From: an uncultured virus (IMG/VR IMGVR_UViG_3300025141_014349) | Taxonomy: Duplodnaviria > Heunggongvirae > Uroviricota > Caudoviricetes | IMG/VR virus record: IMGVR_UViG_3300025141_014349 | Direction: 5' to 3' (one strand) | DNA: 20,000 bases | Shown here: positions 16,950 to 20,000 of the stretch, piece by piece | Numbering within the stretch: position 1 is the stretch's first letter | Layout of the letters: the number at the start of each line of letters is the position of its first letter | Position numbers and translations under genes: made by a program | The notes under the pieces: generated by a model | The model's input: only the letters and a program-made list of their open reading frames with translations | Databases searched by the model: none | What the model was told of the DNA's origin: nothing

Positions 16950-17495
16950 ATGAAAAAACTATTACTAATAGCAGCAATGCTATTCTGCTTTCCTACGTAT
17001 GCGCAGGAAAAGAGCGATTACTTTGGACTGGGTGCGGCCACCGGTGCAACTAGCGGTGTGGGACTGACTCACAAAGGTTATTTAAACGATTTCGGATACC
17101 AATTAACTTTGGGTGCATTTGGTTCGCCCAATGATATGTTGATGGGATCAGTTGGCGGTAACTTGAGTTATACATTCGCTAAGATGAAATATGCGCGCCT
17201 CTATGGATTGGTGGGGGTAGGTACCTTCTTTAATCGCACCGCACATCATGAATACGAAATGTGCGATTGGAATCAGATTACTCAAACAGATGAGAACTGT
17301 GTTACGGTACCGGAAAGGTTCACCCATGGCGCCATAGCTAATGTTGGCGCGGGTTTAGGGATTGAAGTCTTATTTTGGGACACAGTGGGCGTATCCTTTG
17401 ATGTTCCTCTCTCAACTAGTCTAGGAATAGGCGATGGGGTGGAACTACTTGGTTTCTTCCCGATCCCCAATCTTTCTTTGGTTTATTACTTTTAG
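16950..17495 (+). CDS. Outer-membrane beta-barrel protein with Sec signal peptide
   Basis: AAGGAG RBS; signal peptide MKKLLLIAAMLFCFPTYA; alternating Gly/hydrophobic strands; terminal LVYYF beta-signal. Confidence 0.75.
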   Translation: MKKLLLIAAMLFCFPTYAQEKSDYFGLGAATGATSGVGLTHKGYLNDFGYQLTLGAFGSPNDMLMGSVGGNLSYTFAKMKYARLYGLVGVGTFFNRTAHHEYEMCDWNQITQTDENCVTVPERFTHGAIANVGAGLGIEVLFWDTVGVSFDVPLSTSLGIGDGVELLGFFPIPNLSLVYYF

Positions 17496-17524
17496 GAATC
17501 TATTTATAAAGAAGAGGCGCACCT

Positions 17525-19195
17525 ATGAGCATTAAACACTTAGTGGAATTTGTCGAAAAAGAAATTTCTGAAAATCTCGATCTAAAGAAAGAATCTCCAT
17601 CTGATGATTTTTTTCCTGTCACTTCCTTGGTGGAAATGATTGATAAGGAAATTGGGCGACTTTCATTGCTGATGGAGGAAGTTGACGAATCGGGCAACCT
17701 AGATATAGACGCTGCTTGGCATAGTATCCCGCTCCCTACGCTATCGGAACTGGGATGGGCAGACCCGCGCAAGAAGAAGGGAAAGATTGCCAACGAAACT
17801 AGATCTGAAATGTCTAATTATTTGTCCACCATTACCGAAGGCGCGAATACTCTAGAAGAGAGGATTGGGTTAATTCAAAAATTCATGGACAACGCCGCTG
17901 AGACAGCTAAAGATATGAATTTGTCCGAGGTATTAAGTTTCTTAGTGTTTTATAAAACTCTTACTTATATTATTTCTGATTTTAATAAAGCAACTGCTGG
18001 ATTTTTGTTTGAAGCATTGCTGGGAGTCTTAACAGGAGGGCAACAGATTCCTGCTAAGGGTTCGGGAGGGGGCGAGACAATTGCCGACTTTAAATATAAG
18101 ACGGGCAAGAAAGGACAGGGAACCTTAAGATATGTTAGTTTGAAACTCTTAACAGAAGGGGGAACCACCATCGACGGTTCTTTTAGTGATCTGATTAATG
18201 ATTTATCTAAAACTGGATCTATGCAGTATGTGGTCGTCCTCAAAGACTTGGAAGGAAAGGGTGAAAAAACACAGGGTCAACTTAAGTTTTGGCAATTTAT
18301 CTTTGATCGCTCCTCCATCCTCAGACTCCTTGGACGTTCTACGGATGGGAGAAGGTGTTTACAAATAGCTAATAAAGCATCTCGTGCGATGTTAGATGGA
18401 GGAGCACAACACCACACTCAACTGAAGTGGGTAGAATATATAGACCAAGATCATATCAAGGCAGCTCTTCAGGGACACGGTAATTCATATTCAATAGATC
18501 AGAAATTAAAAGGGGTTGGTAGGATTTCCTTGGAAGATGCTAAGAAGATAGATCTCGAAAACGGAGTTCCACTCAAAAACATTCACCAAATAAATAATTA
18601 TTCTAAAATGCATCCCGAAGATTTTGATCCAGAATCGCGTCATAACTTTCCCGCCAAAACCTATGAGTATTTGGCGCGAGAGTGGCGCCAATGGAACCAG
18701 AACGCTGACACCGAAAGCGTAGCGATGAAAAAAGTAGTTGGTCGCATTAATGCGAAGAAAAACAATACATCTAAATTTAGATTTTTGAGTTTCGATCAGT
18801 CTCAAAAACTATTAGAAGGGTTAGATGGCAAGGAATTTTGGGATTTCATCAAAAGATATTCGAATGGATATTTAAATACTAAGCGGTTTCTTCTGACACA
18901 AGACCAAATGATAATGGACGAAGACACTACAGATGTAGGAACTTTGAGTGTTGGTCGAGAGAAAGTGCGCGGTGCGCTTCTAGAAATTATAACCGATGTC
19001 AACCAGCAGATGTTTAAAATTTTTCGGACCATGGGAACTCTCTCGACAACACTGCGTGAATTTTTTATGGAAGAAATGAATGGCGAAAAGGGCAAAGCGG
19101 CAAAAAAAGCTGCGCAGCAGGTCTATGAGGAGACTCAAGAACTAATTACTAAGCGAGGAACAGTTAGAAAATCCTCAAGCAAAGGGAGAAAATAA
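17525..19195 (+). CDS. Hypothetical protein with possible PD-(D/E)xK-like nuclease core
   Basis: 556 aa; AGFLFEALL...TIADF...YVSLKLL pattern; acidic helical N-terminus; GAGG RBS. Confidence 0.5.
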   Translation: MSIKHLVEFVEKEISENLDLKKESPSDDFFPVTSLVEMIDKEIGRLSLLMEEVDESGNLDIDAAWHSIPLPTLSELGWADPRKKKGKIANETRSEMSNYLSTITEGANTLEERIGLIQKFMDNAAETAKDMNLSEVLSFLVFYKTLTYIISDFNKATAGFLFEALLGVLTGGQQIPAKGSGGGETIADFKYKTGKKGQGTLRYVSLKLLTEGGTTIDGSFSDLINDLSKTGSMQYVVVLKDLEGKGEKTQGQLKFWQFIFDRSSILRLLGRSTDGRRCLQIANKASRAMLDGGAQHHTQLKWVEYIDQDHIKAALQGHGNSYSIDQKLKGVGRISLEDAKKIDLENGVPLKNIHQINNYSKMHPEDFDPESRHNFPAKTYEYLAREWRQWNQNADTESVAMKKVVGRINAKKNNTSKFRFLSFDQSQKLLEGLDGKEFWDFIKRYSNGYLNTKRFLLTQDQMIMDEDTTDVGTLSVGREKVRGALLEIITDVNQQMFKIFRTMGTLSTTLREFFMEEMNGEKGKAAKKAAQQVYEETQELITKRGTVRKSSSKGRK

Positions 19196-19196
19196 T

Positions 19197-19577
19197 ATGA
19201 AACTCACCACCGAAAGTTTGAGAAATCTAGTCAAAGAAGTTCTTGACGAAGATGAAGACAAGTTAGAAGAAGACGGAGACGTATTTCCACCTCCCCCCGA
19301 TGAGCAAACGGTCGAAGAGGCAGAAGAATCTCTCAAGCATGATCAAACAATTGTGCGATTTTATGAGGGGTGTGGCCACGAAGATCATGAATCAGAAGAC
19401 AAGGGAGACGTAGCGGGATTAGCTGCACGTGCTTTTGCTGCTTTGCATGATTTGGCAACCGCCGCTGGCGCAGAGATCTCTACTACGGTTTCCGCAAATG
19501 AAGCTCCTGACGAAGAAGAGCACTCAAGTGAACTAGATGCAATAGTTCGCGAAGAAGTGTTGAAAATATTTAAGTAA
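19197..19577 (+). CDS. Acidic hypothetical protein, possible head/prohead core protein
   Basis: AGGGAG RBS; very Asp/Glu-rich; terminal helices SLRNLVKEVLDE and LDAIVREEVL. Confidence 0.65.
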   Translation: MKLTTESLRNLVKEVLDEDEDKLEEDGDVFPPPPDEQTVEEAEESLKHDQTIVRFYEGCGHEDHESEDKGDVAGLAARAFAALHDLATAAGAEISTTVSANEAPDEEEHSSELDAIVREEVLKIFK

Positions 19578-19590
19578 AAAACAATTTGAT

Positions 19591-19632
19591 TTAGCGTATT
19601 GCGCTAATAATGCTGCGACCTCTAGGTCGCAG
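19591..19632. repeat. Two tandem inverted repeats in the intergenic region
   Basis: TTAGCG-tattg-CGCTAA (19591-19607) and CTGCGACCT-ct-AGGTCGCAG (19613-19632). Confidence 0.7.
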
Positions 19633-19654
19633 TTTAACTATAAGAGGTAATATT

Positions 19655-19894
19655 ATGGATAAAGTAACAGCAGCATTGAATAAAGTCGGTGACATGTTTC
19701 GAGCAATTACTGGCGCTGGTTTGGCACTTTTGGCAACCGCCGTCGTTGTGCAGGTTCTTTTCGGACCAAATGCACCGTTTTTGCCAGTAGATGTTGTCGG
19801 AGGAATCGTAGACATCACTAAACAATTGGGCAGTGAAGGTCTTGTCGGTTTAGCAGCAGTTGGAGTGCTGCTTGCTTTGTTTAGCAAAAAATAA
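19655..19894 (+). CDS. Small membrane protein with two hydrophobic segments
   Basis: AAGAGG RBS before ATG 19655; hydrophobic AITGAGLALLATAVVVQVLF and GLVGLAAVGVLLALF; basic C-terminus. Confidence 0.75.
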   Translation: MDKVTAALNKVGDMFRAITGAGLALLATAVVVQVLFGPNAPFLPVDVVGGIVDITKQLGSEGLVGLAAVGVLLALFSKK

Positions 19895-19920
19895 CTCAAT
19901 GAATGAATAATAAATTAAGG

Positions 19921-19947
19921 AAGAGGGCGCATGCCCTCTTTTTTTTT
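19921..19947 (+). terminator. Rho-independent terminator
   Basis: AAGAGGGC-GCAT-GCCCTCTT followed by a T run to 19947. Confidence 0.88.
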
Positions 19948-19958
19948 CTAATTAATAC

Positions 19959-20000
19959 ATGAAGACTGGATCGCTTGTGACCTATAAATGTTATAAAAAT
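19959..20000 (+). CDS. Possible start of a small gene truncated by the window edge
   Basis: ATG 19959 opens MKTGSLVTYKCYKN with no stop before the edge; follows the terminator and a CTAATTA motif. Confidence 0.35.
   Translation, partial: MKTGSLVTYKCYKN

Noticed and set aside
19233..19250. AAAGAAGTTCTTGACGAA, similar to the repeated 17-mer
   Set aside because: The -35 is TTGACG with no -10 at 17 nt; explained by the codons for KEVLDE.
508..19899. Numerous minus-strand and nested short ORFs in the six-frame track
   Set aside because: All overlap well-supported + strand genes or the tRNA-Leu, and show no recognisable motifs; treated as shadow ORFs.
1..20000. Stop-codon reassignment, as seen in some large phages
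   Set aside because: Conserved genes are full length in the standard code; TAA, TAG and TGA all end genes at sensible positions; neither tRNA is a suppressor.
1..20000. CRISPR array, integrase, transposase or tandem repeat array
   Set aside because: No regularly spaced repeats or recombinase/transposase motifs were seen by eye.

Overview
This window looks like part of a large, probably lytic, contractile-tailed dsDNA bacteriophage genome. All credible genes lie on the + strand, are tightly packed and use the standard code. Order: end of a tail/baseplate module (LysM-type protein, 883-aa baseplate-hub-like protein, 408-aa unknown); a replication/recombination module (miniaturised family A DNA polymerase, divergent tubulin/FtsZ-like protein, WYL_2/DUF2693-like protein, gp32-like SSB, tRNA-Glu, RecA/UvsX, lytic transglycosylase, stand-alone 5'-3' exonuclease, DnaB/gp41 helicase); a nucleotide-metabolism/accessory module (class II RNR, small dsDNA-binding-like protein, GroES-like protein, ThyX, degenerate Rossmann-fold and nucleotidyltransferase-fold pair); a non-canonical tRNA-Leu(UAA); an outer-membrane beta-barrel implying a diderm host; and a putative late block (PD-(D/E)xK-like 556-aa protein and an acidic protein sharing a repeated helix motif, small membrane protein, terminator). 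Most notable: the mini-PolA/tubulin-like/WYL-like/SSB cluster, six cTTGACA-N17-TAnnnT promoters mostly embedded in coding sequence, and a tRNA-Leu with a mismatched acceptor stem. All functional calls come from motifs recognised by eye; no searches were run.
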